A stretch of DNA of 64,000 nucleotides, from IMG/VR virus record IMGVR_UViG_3300043570_001522; one strand, 5' to 3'. The position numbers were made by a program, and so were the translations under genes. The notes beneath the pieces are model-generated. The model was given only the letters and a program-made list of their open reading frames with translations. It was not told the DNA's origin and did no database searches. Origin of the DNA: an uncultured virus (IMG/VR IMGVR_UViG_3300043570_001522). Taxonomy: Duplodnaviria > Heunggongvirae > Uroviricota > Caudoviricetes. Shown here piece after piece: positions 39,801-50,869 of this stretch. The stretch's first letter is position 1, and each line of letters opens with the position of its first letter.

Positions 39801-42800
39801 AAATTGCAAAAGCAGGATTCATTCCTAATAATGCAGAGATGAAACTGTTTTTAGAAACTGGAGATAGTTCAAAATTAAAAACATTTTATAATCAAAAAGG
39901 TGAACAACTAGGTGTTTTTGATAAAGAAGATTTAGAAGATATACAAGCACTGCTAAATGACTATGAACAAACCAGACCTGATAAAAAAGTTGAAGAAGTT
40001 AAAACAGATGAAGTAGTAGCTGAAGAAGCTAGAACTGAAGTAGATGATATACTAGATGGTATAACCATTGAAGTTTCAGTTAAAGATTCAGTTGTGTTAG
40101 AAAACACAATGCAAAAAGCTTATGCTAGATATGCTGCTAAACAAACTAAAGCGGGTAAGAAACCAATCACTTTAGATAAATGGATTAATAGTCAAGATGG
40201 TAAAAATCTTAGAGCTGCATTTATTGCTGTTAAAAAAATCTGGATTGATAATGATATATTGGTAAATCCTAATAACCCACTTAGTGAAGAAGACATTAAT
40301 GCTGAAACTGGATTAATAACTTGGTTACAAAGTCAAGAAGGTAAAACAAATGACTTAGTTCAAAGTGTTGTTAATGCACTTGGATTAACTATTGATGATA
40401 TTACAGGACAAATAGAATTGTTGCCTAATGAAGGTCAAGCTGTAGAAGGAAATAAAAATGTAACAATACTTAAAAAAGGTAATACTGTTTCATTAATTGA
40501 ATTAAAAAATGTTGATTCACAAGGTAATATAATTACATCATATCAATTAGTTGATCAGTTTAAACAACCATTAGATGAGGAAACTTTAAATAGATATGGT
40601 ATTGCATCATTTGGTATTTATGCTGAAGGTGATAAAGTCAAAGCATTATCTATGCAAAGGACTCTTGATAATGCAGCACCAGATACTGCAACATTTACAT
40701 TTGATGATACAGAACTAAATTATGGTCAACTTGTTTATGATCAAACAGGTAAGGAGTTTATTGTATTAAGTCAACCTAAACAAGTAGGAACTGAACGTAA
40801 GTTATTATTAATCCCATCTGATGAAATTACTCCTTCAGTAGAAGAAACTAAAAAAGCTACCATTAGTGTTAAGCCAGGTGAATTTAAAGCATCATTTAAT
40901 GTACAAGCATTAGATCTTAAAGTACTACCACAAAGTGTTAGTAGATTGAATATAAATGAACCTATTCAACCTTACGCATATAGAAATAAAGATGCTACTA
41001 CAGATCAATGGACAGAAAGTCCAGAGCAAGCATTAGCAAGATATAACTTAGTTCTATCTATACTAACACCTGAAGAATTAGCTGAATTAGAATTGGTAAT
41101 TATAGCTGATCCACAAGGTGGTATGAATAATGGAAATTTAATTATACCAGGTTTTAAAGAAGCAAATCCATATATTCAAACAGTAAGGGCAAAATATTCT
41201 GTAGGTATAAGAATTTCTAATCCAGATGTACAAGCCAAAGTTGATAAAGCAATAGCAGAAAAAGGTTTAAATAAAAACAATTCTGGAAATGGTATTTTTG
41301 GTTATATGCAAAATACCAATTTTATAATTACTAACTCTCAAGGTACTGTTATCAATCCAGCTACCATGACGGCTGATGAATATAAAAACATAATATATAC
41401 ACCAGAGGGTATGGATATAAATCTTGAAGAAGATTTAAAACGTGCTCAAAATAATTTTGCTTTAAATAATCTATTGAGTTCTGTGTTACCTGAGTTAGTA
41501 GCACTTAATCCAGATGGAGTTATTGCAATTTCAAAATTACCAAATGGTTTATCTTTTATATCTAAGCCGGGTGTAACAATGTATGATAAGGCACCAAAAC
41601 CACTAACAGATTTAGAATTTAGTGCTGCTGATGCAGAAGGTAATTATTTAATTTATCAATTAGAAAATAACAAAGGAGGTGCAAGAACTAAAGTTGCTAT
41701 ATCTAACCTTGAAGGTGATGAAAGAAGACAACTTATAGATAGAGTTGAAGAAAGTCTTACTAAACAAGGAGTATTAGATAGCATTACAAGTTTGACAGAT
41801 GCTTATGTAGCTGTAGTATTATTACCTGATGGAACGTATGCTTTAGTAAATTTAAAAGCTAAGTCTATTGATTTAAATGAAAAGTTTCTTGAACTAATAA
41901 ATAGAGCTGAAACAACTTTAACTGATAATCCAGAATCAAATCCTGAAAAATTTGATAAAAGATTTAATGTAGATTACAATAAAGGGTTGAGAAGTGAATT
42001 ATTTATTAGTGCTAAACCAGGCTATAGACTTTCATTACAAGTAAGTCCTTGGGGTAAGATTGAATTAGAAATTTCTGATTCAAATAATAAGCAAATAGGT
42101 ATAGTTAGATTAAATAAATCTGAGATTCTAAATAAAGGTTTATCAGTTGATGATAAACTTAAATTACTATTAGATAAATTTAATGAACTACCTGGTGTAA
42201 TTGCTGCTGATGTAAATCTTACAACTACAAACTTTAGAGCATCATACTCAAGAGAAGCTGGTGTTCAAGAAATTCTTGATAAGACAACTACACAAGTTGC
42301 ACCACAAGTAGTATCTCCTAATGCAATTCAATTATCTGCAGACTCTTCAGCTATACAAGCTGCTAGAAATATCCCTGTAGTTGAACAAGGTACATTTACT
42401 CCAACAGAATCATTAACTACTACTCCAGCATCAGAAGTAAATATTAAAGCTGAAGAAATAAGTACAAAGTTAGATATTCTAACAGAACAATTTATTGTAC
42501 AAGGTAAAACTCAAAAAGAAGCAGAGTCTTTAGCATTAGCATCTATAACAGAACAAGAAAGACAAGTATTGAGAGATGCCTATAATGAAGATTTAAAAAA
42601 CGGTAATTCTACTGTTGATGTTGCAGCTGATCCTGAAGAAGTTAACGTAGATAATATTAACCCTGAAGATATCAATATAGATGATATTGCTGCATTAAGA
42701 AATGGTGTTAGATTAAATAAATTAGAAGCTGTTAAACAACAACTTGAATTACTTAAAGCACAACTTACTGAGGGATTAGTTGGAGCAGCTAAAATCAAAG

Positions 42801-45800
42801 CTGTTAAAGATAGTAAAGAGTATGCAGATCTTTTAGCTGAAAGAAAAAAATTAGAGAATGAAGCTAATAAGATTATTGATTTTGGAACTTTAACTGAAGA
42901 TGTTGAAGACATTGATGCATTTACGGCATGGGCTGCAATGGCTTTACCTGATTTTATTTCAATGGAAGATATTGAAACATTAGGTGATAATCTTAAAGCA
43001 GGAGGTGTGCGTGTTGGTGCATTTGTATTAAACCTTAATGACATTGGTGGAGGATTAACTGTTAATGGAACTTTATTTACAGGAGCTAAATCTCCATTTA
43101 AATATCATGAAGCATTCCATGGTGTATTCAGAATGCTATTAACTGATGCAGAAATTAAAAAATATTTAGGAATTGCAAGAAAAGAAGTAAGAGCTAAGTT
43201 AAGAGCAGAAGGTAAAAGCTTTGAAGCTGAATTAGAAAGATTCAGAAATTCAGCTAATACTTATACTAACATGAGCCGTGAAAGATTAGAACAAGAATAT
43301 TATGAAGAATACCTGGCAGATGAATTTGAAAAATTCAAAGCAAATACAAAATCAACTCAAACAGATTCTTCTGTTAAGTCTTTATTCACTAGAATTATGG
43401 AGTGGATTAAGTCTGTATTCAACTCCTTTACCAAGAATCAATTACTTACTTTATATGAAAACATTGATGCAGGTAAGTTTAAAAATGCGGGAATAAGTCA
43501 AAATCAATTTGTTACCAGTATGATGACTGGTGTATCATTGGAAGCTAATGCATTATTACCATATGATACAGAACAGAATGCTAATAATAAAGTTGGATAC
43601 TATTTCTTGGATAGTGTTATTGCTGAACCTTTAGTTTCAAGTATAGCCGCTATGTATATACAAGAAGTTTCAAAAGTAAGAGACCCAAATGTTAAACGCG
43701 GGGACATACTTGAAAATGTTATGAATGATTTTGCTGCTTTATATGATGAAGAAACTGAAGCAAATCAAAAACTTTCTGATGAGCAAAAGAAATTCTTACC
43801 TCAGATTAGTGAAGTGTTTTATAACTTTTCTGATGAATTAAAATCTGAAGTATATAAAGTATTAAATATCATAACCAAACAAACTCAGGAAGAAGAGTTC
43901 AATAATGAATATTTTGAAGAAGAAGTTGGTTTAAGAAATGTAGAGCAATTCAATATGGATGCTTCTATGATTGGTGGTTTTGGTTCTCTATCTGAAGGAT
44001 TGAGAAGTTACTTAGCTACAACAACTATAGAGGAAACAGATTACTTTGGCAACAAAGAATTAAAGCCCGGAGTAAAACTAATTGTTCCAATTAACTTTAC
44101 ATCTGCTTATAACGGATTATTAAAAGCTGTTAAGAATATTGATGATCCTAAAAAGATGTTACAGAATATGTATTTCTTTGGATTAGATAATCCTCAGACT
44201 GGAGCCGTTGTGACAAGATTATTACAAGACTTTGGTATATCTGAAGAAACATTGTTAGAGCCAGGCCCATTACCTACTAAGATTAAAAATCCTGCTTTAT
44301 TCCAATCTGTTGTAAAAGGATTTACTACGTTTAGAGTAGACTACTTATTTGTACAAAGAGATAATGCTGGTGCAGTATTGATTTATTCTGCAGCACAAAG
44401 AGATGATATTAATTCACAATTAGAATCATGGTCTCAAGCTTGGGGACAAGCTGAAAAGAAAATTAAAACTGATGCAAAAGTTAAGAATGAAACTGTTAGA
44501 ACATTAGAAGATTTTGCAAGTTACTTAAAACCTAGTGATGTAAAGATGACTGGTCCAAAGTTATCTGAACTATCTTCTAAATATTCACAAGATATTTTTA
44601 GATTAACTGGTATTAAATTAAGTAAACAATTTATAGCATTTAGTATTGCATCATCAAGAAAGAATCCTACAGTTGCACAAGCAGCATTAATAAATGCTAA
44701 TTCTGAACAAACACCAATAAGCTATAGTGATATTCTTGAAATAAATAAATTAATTCAACAGGGTAATGACATCTTTAGTGAAGGAGAAACAGGAGCTAGT
44801 TCTAGACTTAGAACATTGGCAATTCAAAATGCACCATTTGATGAAACAATTGGAGCATCTGTATTCAAAAATCCTGAAGGTAACTTGGTATATGCACATC
44901 AACTACCTACATTTCATTTAAAAAGAATACAAGAATTAAATGATATAGCAGAATTAGACCGTCTTAAAGAATCTGATCCATACTTGGCAAACAACTTCTT
45001 ATTAAATAGTGAAGCATTTTTACAAATGTCTGCAGAGAACAGACAGAAAGTATTAAGAATTGCTGGAAGTAGTGTTGGTAAAATTAACAGTACTGAGGAA
45101 GAACTTAATGATAAAATCTCAGGTGTGTCTAATAAAGCATCTTATGGTAATTATACACCACAAGAATTTGCATTAAGTATAATTAATACATACACTGCAT
45201 TATTAAATACTAAAAGTAATAAAGTAGATTCAGTTGAATACTTTGATGATACCTTAAACAAAACAGTTAAGGCTGCATTAGCTCCAATTCTTATTAGAGT
45301 TTTAGAAGCATCTAATACTGGAGATTTAATGTATCTACCTGTAGTTAAAGCTGTTAAGTTTGAAAAACCAGGTGGTGGTAAAGTTATTTTAACTGATGAA
45401 ATAACAGATGCATTTATAAATAGAATTGAAAGTGAATATGATAGAATTAGAAGGGAAGAATCTGCTAGAGTTATACGAGAGTCAAATCCTATCTTTAATA
45501 AGTTCTTTTTAAGTGCTAATCAAGAAACTCAACTTGGATATAATGATACTAAAAATGGTAGAGCATTTAAATTAATAAATTCTGGTTTATTACTTACTCC
45601 AGAATTAAAAACTTCTTTGGAAGAAATTGCAAAACGTGAAGATGCACCTTCATTGAAAGAAGCTTTAAAAGAATTAAATGTAACTGATAATGCTTTTAGA
45701 ACTGTTGTTAATACACAATTGGAAAGTCAGTATACTAAATTTTCTGAAGGTTTAGTTGAATTACAAATTGAAGATCAATTAGGTAAAAGCATAACAGAAG

Positions 45801-48800
45801 GTTTAGCAGCTACAGGAAAAACAAATCAGAATTTAATTGAGTCAGCTGAATTATTAAATCTTACTTATGATAAAGAATATAACTTAAAACAAATATTCTT
45901 TAATGATTGGATCAATACAACGTCTATAAATGATGTTCTTTTAGGTGATCAAGCTCTAACATTAAAAGATGGAGTTGATGCTGTTAAAAGAGCTAAGATG
46001 CAGAATGCTGCATACTATAGTGCTTATACTTCTATTACTGCAGAAGATATGGGTGTAATGCATACAGTTGATGATATTAGTTTGGTTGCTTTAGAAGAAC
46101 CAACAGGTGTATCTGCTTTAACAGGGAATAGTATTGATAGATCAGATGCTCAAATGTGGATGACTACAAAAGCATTTAGATACATGTGGTTTGGATTTGG
46201 TAAACTTAATCCTGCTCAAGCAAAACTTATTGATAAGATTGAAGCTGGTGAGGATATTTCTTCTGAAGAGTTATTTGGTCAAGATGGTTATGTTGATATG
46301 GGTAGTATGCTTAACTCTAAAAAGTTAGTATACGGTGATGGTAAAACATTCATCAAGATGTCTGCTTTTGTATTGACTCCACAACTTACATCTAATAAAG
46401 TAGTAGATGAGAATGGTAATGTAACTTGGGTTGCTAAAGAAAATAAAGTTGACTTACATAATTTAAGAGTTAAACTTGAAGCTATTGAGAAAACTAAAGA
46501 TACAATTAGTATATCTGCACCATTAAGTGCACTTAAAATGTTAAAGCAACGTGTAAATCCACTTAGTGATTTAGGTAATACTAATTCATTTACAAATGGA
46601 TATACTACATTGAGTGCAAAATATATGGGTCTTCAAGTATTAACACCGTCAAATAAGACAGAAGTTATTGATCCAACACAAGTAAAAAACATTGTTACTT
46701 CTGAGCAAAAAGATAGTGTATATGTAGAAGCTTTAGAAATGACTGTTGGTCAAATTAGAGCTGCATATAACCTTGCTACCTCAGCTAAAGTTGAGTTGAA
46801 GTTTAAAAACAAAAGAAACTTAATTTTTAGTTTTGAAAAAGGAATGCAAGAACTTGCAATCTCAAAACAAAATAATAAATTAACTCCTAACTTAACAGCA
46901 TTCTTGAGATATGCTACTGAGGGTCTTAAAGCATCTCAAGCAAGTAGTAACTTGTTAGAGTTCTTTTCAACTCAAGATGGAGAACAAAAATATGATTTAA
47001 ATAATCCTATAACCTTAAATAAATTTGAACAGTTATTCTTAAGTTATTTAAGTAAAGGAGCACTTGCTGAAAAAGCACCGGGCCATGCTGTAGCTTTAGT
47101 ATCTGATTTTGGTGTCAAAGTTTATAGGAGAGTATTTAGTGTAGATGAAAATGGTGTACCAGACAGATCTGAAATCATTAGAGAGAATGTTTGGAATAGT
47201 ATGACCAATAAACCTGCATTAGGTGAATATGATACATTATCTGTTACACTTAAAGATAACAAAGAAGGTGTTGTTATACTTGACCGTTTAAGATCTGGTG
47301 TAAAAGAATATGATAAGGATGGTAACTTTACAGGTGAAAGATATACTGAGATGCTTATGCCAGCTCATTTTAAATCTGTAATGGACTTAGTTGAGAATAC
47401 TAAGCGTAAGTTTCCAGATGTATTATCAAAAATGTTTGGTGTACGTATCCCATCTCAAGATAATCACTCAACAATAAATATTAAACATGTTGATTTCTTA
47501 CCTGGATTCTATGGTTCATCTGCAATGTTTGCTCAAGAACTTATTGAAATATCAGGAGCGGATTTTGATATTGATAAAGTTTACATGCAAATTAAAGAGT
47601 TCTATGAAAACAAAGGACAATTCTATGAGTATGGTAAACAAACTACAGATGAGGGTAAGTATAAAGATTATGTAAGATATATATCTGAAAAAGTTGCTCA
47701 ACCGGGAACAACATATGCTGAAGCATTGGAGTTATATAAAAATAATCTTCAGGCATCAAGTATTGCAAATTCTGTTACAGATATTGAACAAGAAATAGCG
47801 TCAGATGCAGGACTATCAGAAAATGGTATTAAAGCTTTGCAGATTTTAGGGTTGCCTATTACAAAACAACAATACTTAGAATACAAAAAGAAATTCCGTG
47901 AACCATATGAGGCTCCAATGAATAATGCTATACTAGATTATAAGTATGCATTGATGGGTAATACTGGTGTAACAGAAACAACAAGTGAAAATGAGACACC
48001 TATTTCATATACATCTGCTAGTTTACAAATATTACAAGATTCATTAGCAGAATTAGAAGAAGTATTACCAGGATTACTTGAACGTTCAAGAGAAGATAAC
48101 ATTGATATCAATAACATCATTGGTAAGATAAAAGCATTTACAAATAACAAAGGTGCTGCTATTGGAGCAATTGTATTACCTAACGTATACTTAAGTTTAT
48201 TAACTGAGTATGGTATTACAATAAATGATAAAGGGCCAAACATTAGTGTAAATGGAATTACTTATGATGACTTTGGAGTAACTAGAGAACAACTAGCAAA
48301 TGGTACAGAAGGATTACGTAAACAAGATATTATATCAGCATTAATTACAATGGCCACGGATAATGCTAAAGAACGTCTTGTTGCTAAACTTGGTTTAAAT
48401 AAACATGCTCTTGGTGTTGTAGGTAACTTAACTGCTTTGGGTGTTCCTATTAAAACATCTTTATTGTTAATTAATAATCCAATAATACAAGATATATATT
48501 CTCAAGCACTGAATAAGAAAGATAAATTAGATCCTGGAGTTGCGGCCATAACTAAATTACTATTATCAACTTTAATTGAAAAAAGAAAAACAGTAAAAAT
48601 AGGTGATGCTGAATCTATAAAATGGGCTAAAGTTAATGACAATCTTTTAATAGATGCATTTAATAATCCTGAAGAAGTAACTGATAATGAGAAGATTGCA
48701 ATATTAAATCTATTTTCAAATGCAGTAAAAGTTAAAGACTTTACAAGTAACATGTCTGCTGTGGCCGGTTTAACAAATGGTTTAGGTAAAGATATTGCAT

Positions 48801-50863
48801 CAGTAAATGAGAAAGCTGAACAAATAAATAAACTGTTTGACAAAGATGCTATTATGGATTTAAAACCAATATATAAAAGCAAAACATGGCAATCAAAATA
48901 TCTTGAGATATTTAATCAAATTAAAAATGATTTGTTACCAGTTACATTTTTATCAGCAAGTGAAAATTTCCAAGTCATACTTACTAAAGTATTAGAGAAT
49001 GTAAACTCTGATTCAATTGAATTTACTGAAGAAACTAAAGCAAAAATTTCTAGAGACTTGTTATCATATTTAACTATAAAAGCATATGAACAAAATAAAT
49101 TAAATAATGATCCACAATCTGTAGCAACATTAAATAACAATTTAGTTTATCCTGGTGGTGGATATGAATCAATTAATGATGTAGTTGATAGATTACGTAC
49201 AACAGAAGCTGGACAGAATAACTTCTTCTTAGATAATTTTGCAATAAGTGTTAAAGCAACAGATGCTAAAAATCAATCTGGTTTGAACTTACTTAATGCT
49301 AATACATTTAGAAGTTTGAATGCTGGTCAAAAAGTTGACTTACAAAATTCATTTGCTAAACTATATGGTTCATTAGAAACTAAGAATGATGCTTTATCTA
49401 TAATCAATTACATAATGGTCAAAGATGGCTTACAAACTGGTTATGCATCTTTACTAGAAGCTATTAGTCCATTTACTATGGATTCTTATTTAAGTCAAAT
49501 TGAAACTGCAAATAAAGCATTGAGAACAGATGATGATGCAACTATCAAAAAAGTATTTGGTTTAAAAAGAGCTGAACTAGAATCTGACTTTGTTAATAAT
49601 TACTTACAATCAAATATTAATGGGCCTTTACTATATACTATTTCTAGAAGTGAGACTGGTTCATTACCAAAAGGTGTAAGTATTAAAGATAATAAGATTA
49701 CAGTTAAATGGGATGATTTGGGTAAAACATCTCCTAAAAATTTTATAAGATTAAAACTTGAAGATATTGCTACAGGATCTGTTGTTTATAAAACATACAT
49801 GTCTATAACTGAAGATGAGTCAACAACTAAAATATATGAGGAAATAGAAACAAAAGGATCTAATCAACAAAACCCAATTGGATTTATGTTTGGTGAAAGA
49901 CCTACATATAAAGCTGTAAGACAGTCAATTAAGACTAAAAACTTGGGAGCTGAACAAGATTCATTTACTGATAGTATTCAATTTGATGAAATGTCTTTTG
50001 CACAAGGAGTTCAAACAGCAGCTTTACAAGATGAAGATGCAGTTATTGATGCAACAGAATTTGGTGTAAACATTAATGGTAATAATATTGCAAACATTAG
50101 CGCATTAGAAGCAATGCTTAATGCTGAACCAAAACAAACTACGCAACCATCTACTAGTGTTGATAGAACAACATTAGTTGATAATAAACTCAGTAAATAT
50201 GCATCAATATTAAAAGAAATATCTAGAAGAAGAGCTATGGCTACTGAAGCTGATTTAAAAAACTCTCAATTAATTAAAGATATTAGAGTTGATAAATCAC
50301 AACCTAATGATATAAAGCCCAATGCTTATGATAATAACTTAGCTGCTATAATGCTTTATGGTATGAAAATGTCTGAATTACAAGACAAAGGTTTACCAGA
50401 AGAAATGAGTGAAGCAAATCTTTTAGCTTATAGAATATTAAATGATTTATTGTTTAATCTTAATGAAATAACTGAATATTTTAATGAAATAGTTGAAAAT
50501 CCAGAATATGCAGCTGCATTAACTACTAATGAAAATCCTGTAAAAGAATTTTTTGAAAATGAGCTTTTTGATTTAACTGATAGTATTGTTGAACCTGAAA
50601 CTGATATGGCAACAACATTACTTGATTCAATGAGTGATCTTGAAAGAGAGTTGTATGAGGAGTTTGCGGCTGAAATGGAAAGTGATTATTCAGTAATTGA
50701 AAATTTCTGGGATACTAACATTCAAAAAAATGCAGAAGCTAAAGAAAAATTAAGGGTAGATAATAATGTATTATCTTTGGAAGACCTTATAGATATGTAT
50801 AATAAAGGCATATACACAAGTCAAGAAGAATTTATTGAACAAATAAAACAATGTAATTTATAA
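36824..50863 (+). CDS. Virion-packaged DNA-dependent RNA polymerase (two-barrel, crAss-type)
   Basis: 4679 aa. Catalytic GADFDIDK at 47555-47578 preceded by RIPSQDNHS; ATDNAKE motif; zincin HEAFH at 43106-43120; hydrophobic N-terminal segments. Confidence 0.9.
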   Translation: MENQVENNSLDQIITNNQVTESVIPKGDSFQPVMDMFDSEENDILMSRMDLAQLQRLDALKPLIDSTGIRSNGNALAKRPTLSSNTFDPVLQQNPPNLNEPGGFERMMDQNVKTGFQKQQKDIAPGTGVAAPAFAGMVQSNFMRYYEHPEFQKLGWKPFADNEAYYNANSTIYDDMSRMWGQFGSLAGTGFMGGYRSIGSAFTGESMTTDLKSATEFEDAIAVGNSSREGTLAWTNNLLLNSAYTVGIIGSIAAEELALAALEVGTFGGATPLVAARTAANAARLTRSIGQATTVGRLYSAGRGMMTALKGVDAAKDFWSVARAGGKMTAGLFAPETVAAVKRLKTTEVVAQNLTNMAKASEYAGSFYRDARALNLALSESKLEGGMVYNQLIKDGMDIKFAENSGSPVTTEQVADIQNNAHKAAFATTMTNMPIIYLTNKLVLGNSLGGFNKSLGRIFNEQAKGIGSRIIKTAGTVGKGGVKSLSPFKDAGTGLKGLATTIANAGVKGNLAKLGQGSLRYFAANLGEGVQEITQEAISAGTKTYYTSLLKDPMNGGPELFNASVKAGIGGQFSAQGFDVFMSGFLMGGVVSGPQKLFFQGVPALYQRVANPEKYAEYKQNKENYIKSIVDTYNAVWNAQAEDPNAIFDPKKYNFLQQKAAAQGKTLASIANDQFDFVDETDFAKFQQIHTVLSTGGAHLFQDQLLDYMKMSDEDLATAFPASKKEIKNGKIRERLQGLVNQIDVTENIYEESKDRNPNPFMPEAYEKGSRQWTEETIKKIAFEHARYLYMFTQDGFTRALERSNSIYQGLASEPLFDKMAANDLTVLLDQDSIDKEIQMLTEETIVLSGDKANQKRVKDKIEKIARLQAFKGILMNEENQTKDGSFDRRKIGLLRKEFENYVQYMANQTGSFVNKNNVNAALKQIIDYTALKGRAKVYDKAIEYLNDPQKFDLVFQRTAEVLQEQYKNRKKIFEQQVRDYVGVIERNELANQIAKAGFIPNNAEMKLFLETGDSSKLKTFYNQKGEQLGVFDKEDLEDIQALLNDYEQTRPDKKVEEVKTDEVVAEEARTEVDDILDGITIEVSVKDSVVLENTMQKAYARYAAKQTKAGKKPITLDKWINSQDGKNLRAAFIAVKKIWIDNDILVNPNNPLSEEDINAETGLITWLQSQEGKTNDLVQSVVNALGLTIDDITGQIELLPNEGQAVEGNKNVTILKKGNTVSLIELKNVDSQGNIITSYQLVDQFKQPLDEETLNRYGIASFGIYAEGDKVKALSMQRTLDNAAPDTATFTFDDTELNYGQLVYDQTGKEFIVLSQPKQVGTERKLLLIPSDEITPSVEETKKATISVKPGEFKASFNVQALDLKVLPQSVSRLNINEPIQPYAYRNKDATTDQWTESPEQALARYNLVLSILTPEELAELELVIIADPQGGMNNGNLIIPGFKEANPYIQTVRAKYSVGIRISNPDVQAKVDKAIAEKGLNKNNSGNGIFGYMQNTNFIITNSQGTVINPATMTADEYKNIIYTPEGMDINLEEDLKRAQNNFALNNLLSSVLPELVALNPDGVIAISKLPNGLSFISKPGVTMYDKAPKPLTDLEFSAADAEGNYLIYQLENNKGGARTKVAISNLEGDERRQLIDRVEESLTKQGVLDSITSLTDAYVAVVLLPDGTYALVNLKAKSIDLNEKFLELINRAETTLTDNPESNPEKFDKRFNVDYNKGLRSELFISAKPGYRLSLQVSPWGKIELEISDSNNKQIGIVRLNKSEILNKGLSVDDKLKLLLDKFNELPGVIAADVNLTTTNFRASYSREAGVQEILDKTTTQVAPQVVSPNAIQLSADSSAIQAARNIPVVEQGTFTPTESLTTTPASEVNIKAEEISTKLDILTEQFIVQGKTQKEAESLALASITEQERQVLRDAYNEDLKNGNSTVDVAADPEEVNVDNINPEDINIDDIAALRNGVRLNKLEAVKQQLELLKAQLTEGLVGAAKIKAVKDSKEYADLLAERKKLENEANKIIDFGTLTEDVEDIDAFTAWAAMALPDFISMEDIETLGDNLKAGGVRVGAFVLNLNDIGGGLTVNGTLFTGAKSPFKYHEAFHGVFRMLLTDAEIKKYLGIARKEVRAKLRAEGKSFEAELERFRNSANTYTNMSRERLEQEYYEEYLADEFEKFKANTKSTQTDSSVKSLFTRIMEWIKSVFNSFTKNQLLTLYENIDAGKFKNAGISQNQFVTSMMTGVSLEANALLPYDTEQNANNKVGYYFLDSVIAEPLVSSIAAMYIQEVSKVRDPNVKRGDILENVMNDFAALYDEETEANQKLSDEQKKFLPQISEVFYNFSDELKSEVYKVLNIITKQTQEEEFNNEYFEEEVGLRNVEQFNMDASMIGGFGSLSEGLRSYLATTTIEETDYFGNKELKPGVKLIVPINFTSAYNGLLKAVKNIDDPKKMLQNMYFFGLDNPQTGAVVTRLLQDFGISEETLLEPGPLPTKIKNPALFQSVVKGFTTFRVDYLFVQRDNAGAVLIYSAAQRDDINSQLESWSQAWGQAEKKIKTDAKVKNETVRTLEDFASYLKPSDVKMTGPKLSELSSKYSQDIFRLTGIKLSKQFIAFSIASSRKNPTVAQAALINANSEQTPISYSDILEINKLIQQGNDIFSEGETGASSRLRTLAIQNAPFDETIGASVFKNPEGNLVYAHQLPTFHLKRIQELNDIAELDRLKESDPYLANNFLLNSEAFLQMSAENRQKVLRIAGSSVGKINSTEEELNDKISGVSNKASYGNYTPQEFALSIINTYTALLNTKSNKVDSVEYFDDTLNKTVKAALAPILIRVLEASNTGDLMYLPVVKAVKFEKPGGGKVILTDEITDAFINRIESEYDRIRREESARVIRESNPIFNKFFLSANQETQLGYNDTKNGRAFKLINSGLLLTPELKTSLEEIAKREDAPSLKEALKELNVTDNAFRTVVNTQLESQYTKFSEGLVELQIEDQLGKSITEGLAATGKTNQNLIESAELLNLTYDKEYNLKQIFFNDWINTTSINDVLLGDQALTLKDGVDAVKRAKMQNAAYYSAYTSITAEDMGVMHTVDDISLVALEEPTGVSALTGNSIDRSDAQMWMTTKAFRYMWFGFGKLNPAQAKLIDKIEAGEDISSEELFGQDGYVDMGSMLNSKKLVYGDGKTFIKMSAFVLTPQLTSNKVVDENGNVTWVAKENKVDLHNLRVKLEAIEKTKDTISISAPLSALKMLKQRVNPLSDLGNTNSFTNGYTTLSAKYMGLQVLTPSNKTEVIDPTQVKNIVTSEQKDSVYVEALEMTVGQIRAAYNLATSAKVELKFKNKRNLIFSFEKGMQELAISKQNNKLTPNLTAFLRYATEGLKASQASSNLLEFFSTQDGEQKYDLNNPITLNKFEQLFLSYLSKGALAEKAPGHAVALVSDFGVKVYRRVFSVDENGVPDRSEIIRENVWNSMTNKPALGEYDTLSVTLKDNKEGVVILDRLRSGVKEYDKDGNFTGERYTEMLMPAHFKSVMDLVENTKRKFPDVLSKMFGVRIPSQDNHSTINIKHVDFLPGFYGSSAMFAQELIEISGADFDIDKVYMQIKEFYENKGQFYEYGKQTTDEGKYKDYVRYISEKVAQPGTTYAEALELYKNNLQASSIANSVTDIEQEIASDAGLSENGIKALQILGLPITKQQYLEYKKKFREPYEAPMNNAILDYKYALMGNTGVTETTSENETPISYTSASLQILQDSLAELEEVLPGLLERSREDNIDINNIIGKIKAFTNNKGAAIGAIVLPNVYLSLLTEYGITINDKGPNISVNGITYDDFGVTREQLANGTEGLRKQDIISALITMATDNAKERLVAKLGLNKHALGVVGNLTALGVPIKTSLLLINNPIIQDIYSQALNKKDKLDPGVAAITKLLLSTLIEKRKTVKIGDAESIKWAKVNDNLLIDAFNNPEEVTDNEKIAILNLFSNAVKVKDFTSNMSAVAGLTNGLGKDIASVNEKAEQINKLFDKDAIMDLKPIYKSKTWQSKYLEIFNQIKNDLLPVTFLSASENFQVILTKVLENVNSDSIEFTEETKAKISRDLLSYLTIKAYEQNKLNNDPQSVATLNNNLVYPGGGYESINDVVDRLRTTEAGQNNFFLDNFAISVKATDAKNQSGLNLLNANTFRSLNAGQKVDLQNSFAKLYGSLETKNDALSIINYIMVKDGLQTGYASLLEAISPFTMDSYLSQIETANKALRTDDDATIKKVFGLKRAELESDFVNNYLQSNINGPLLYTISRSETGSLPKGVSIKDNKITVKWDDLGKTSPKNFIRLKLEDIATGSVVYKTYMSITEDESTTKIYEEIETKGSNQQNPIGFMFGERPTYKAVRQSIKTKNLGAEQDSFTDSIQFDEMSFAQGVQTAALQDEDAVIDATEFGVNINGNNIANISALEAMLNAEPKQTTQPSTSVDRTTLVDNKLSKYASILKEISRRRAMATEADLKNSQLIKDIRVDKSQPNDIKPNAYDNNLAAIMLYGMKMSELQDKGLPEEMSEANLLAYRILNDLLFNLNEITEYFNEIVENPEYAAALTTNENPVKEFFENELFDLTDSIVEPETDMATTLLDSMSDLERELYEEFAAEMESDYSVIENFWDTNIQKNAEAKEKLRVDNNVLSLEDLIDMYNKGIYTSQEEFIEQIKQCNL

Positions 50864-50869
50864 TAAGCT

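Noticed and set aside
36824..50863. Intein or intron in the vRNAP gene
   Set aside because: The ORF is continuous and I recognised no intein splice or homing endonuclease motifs.
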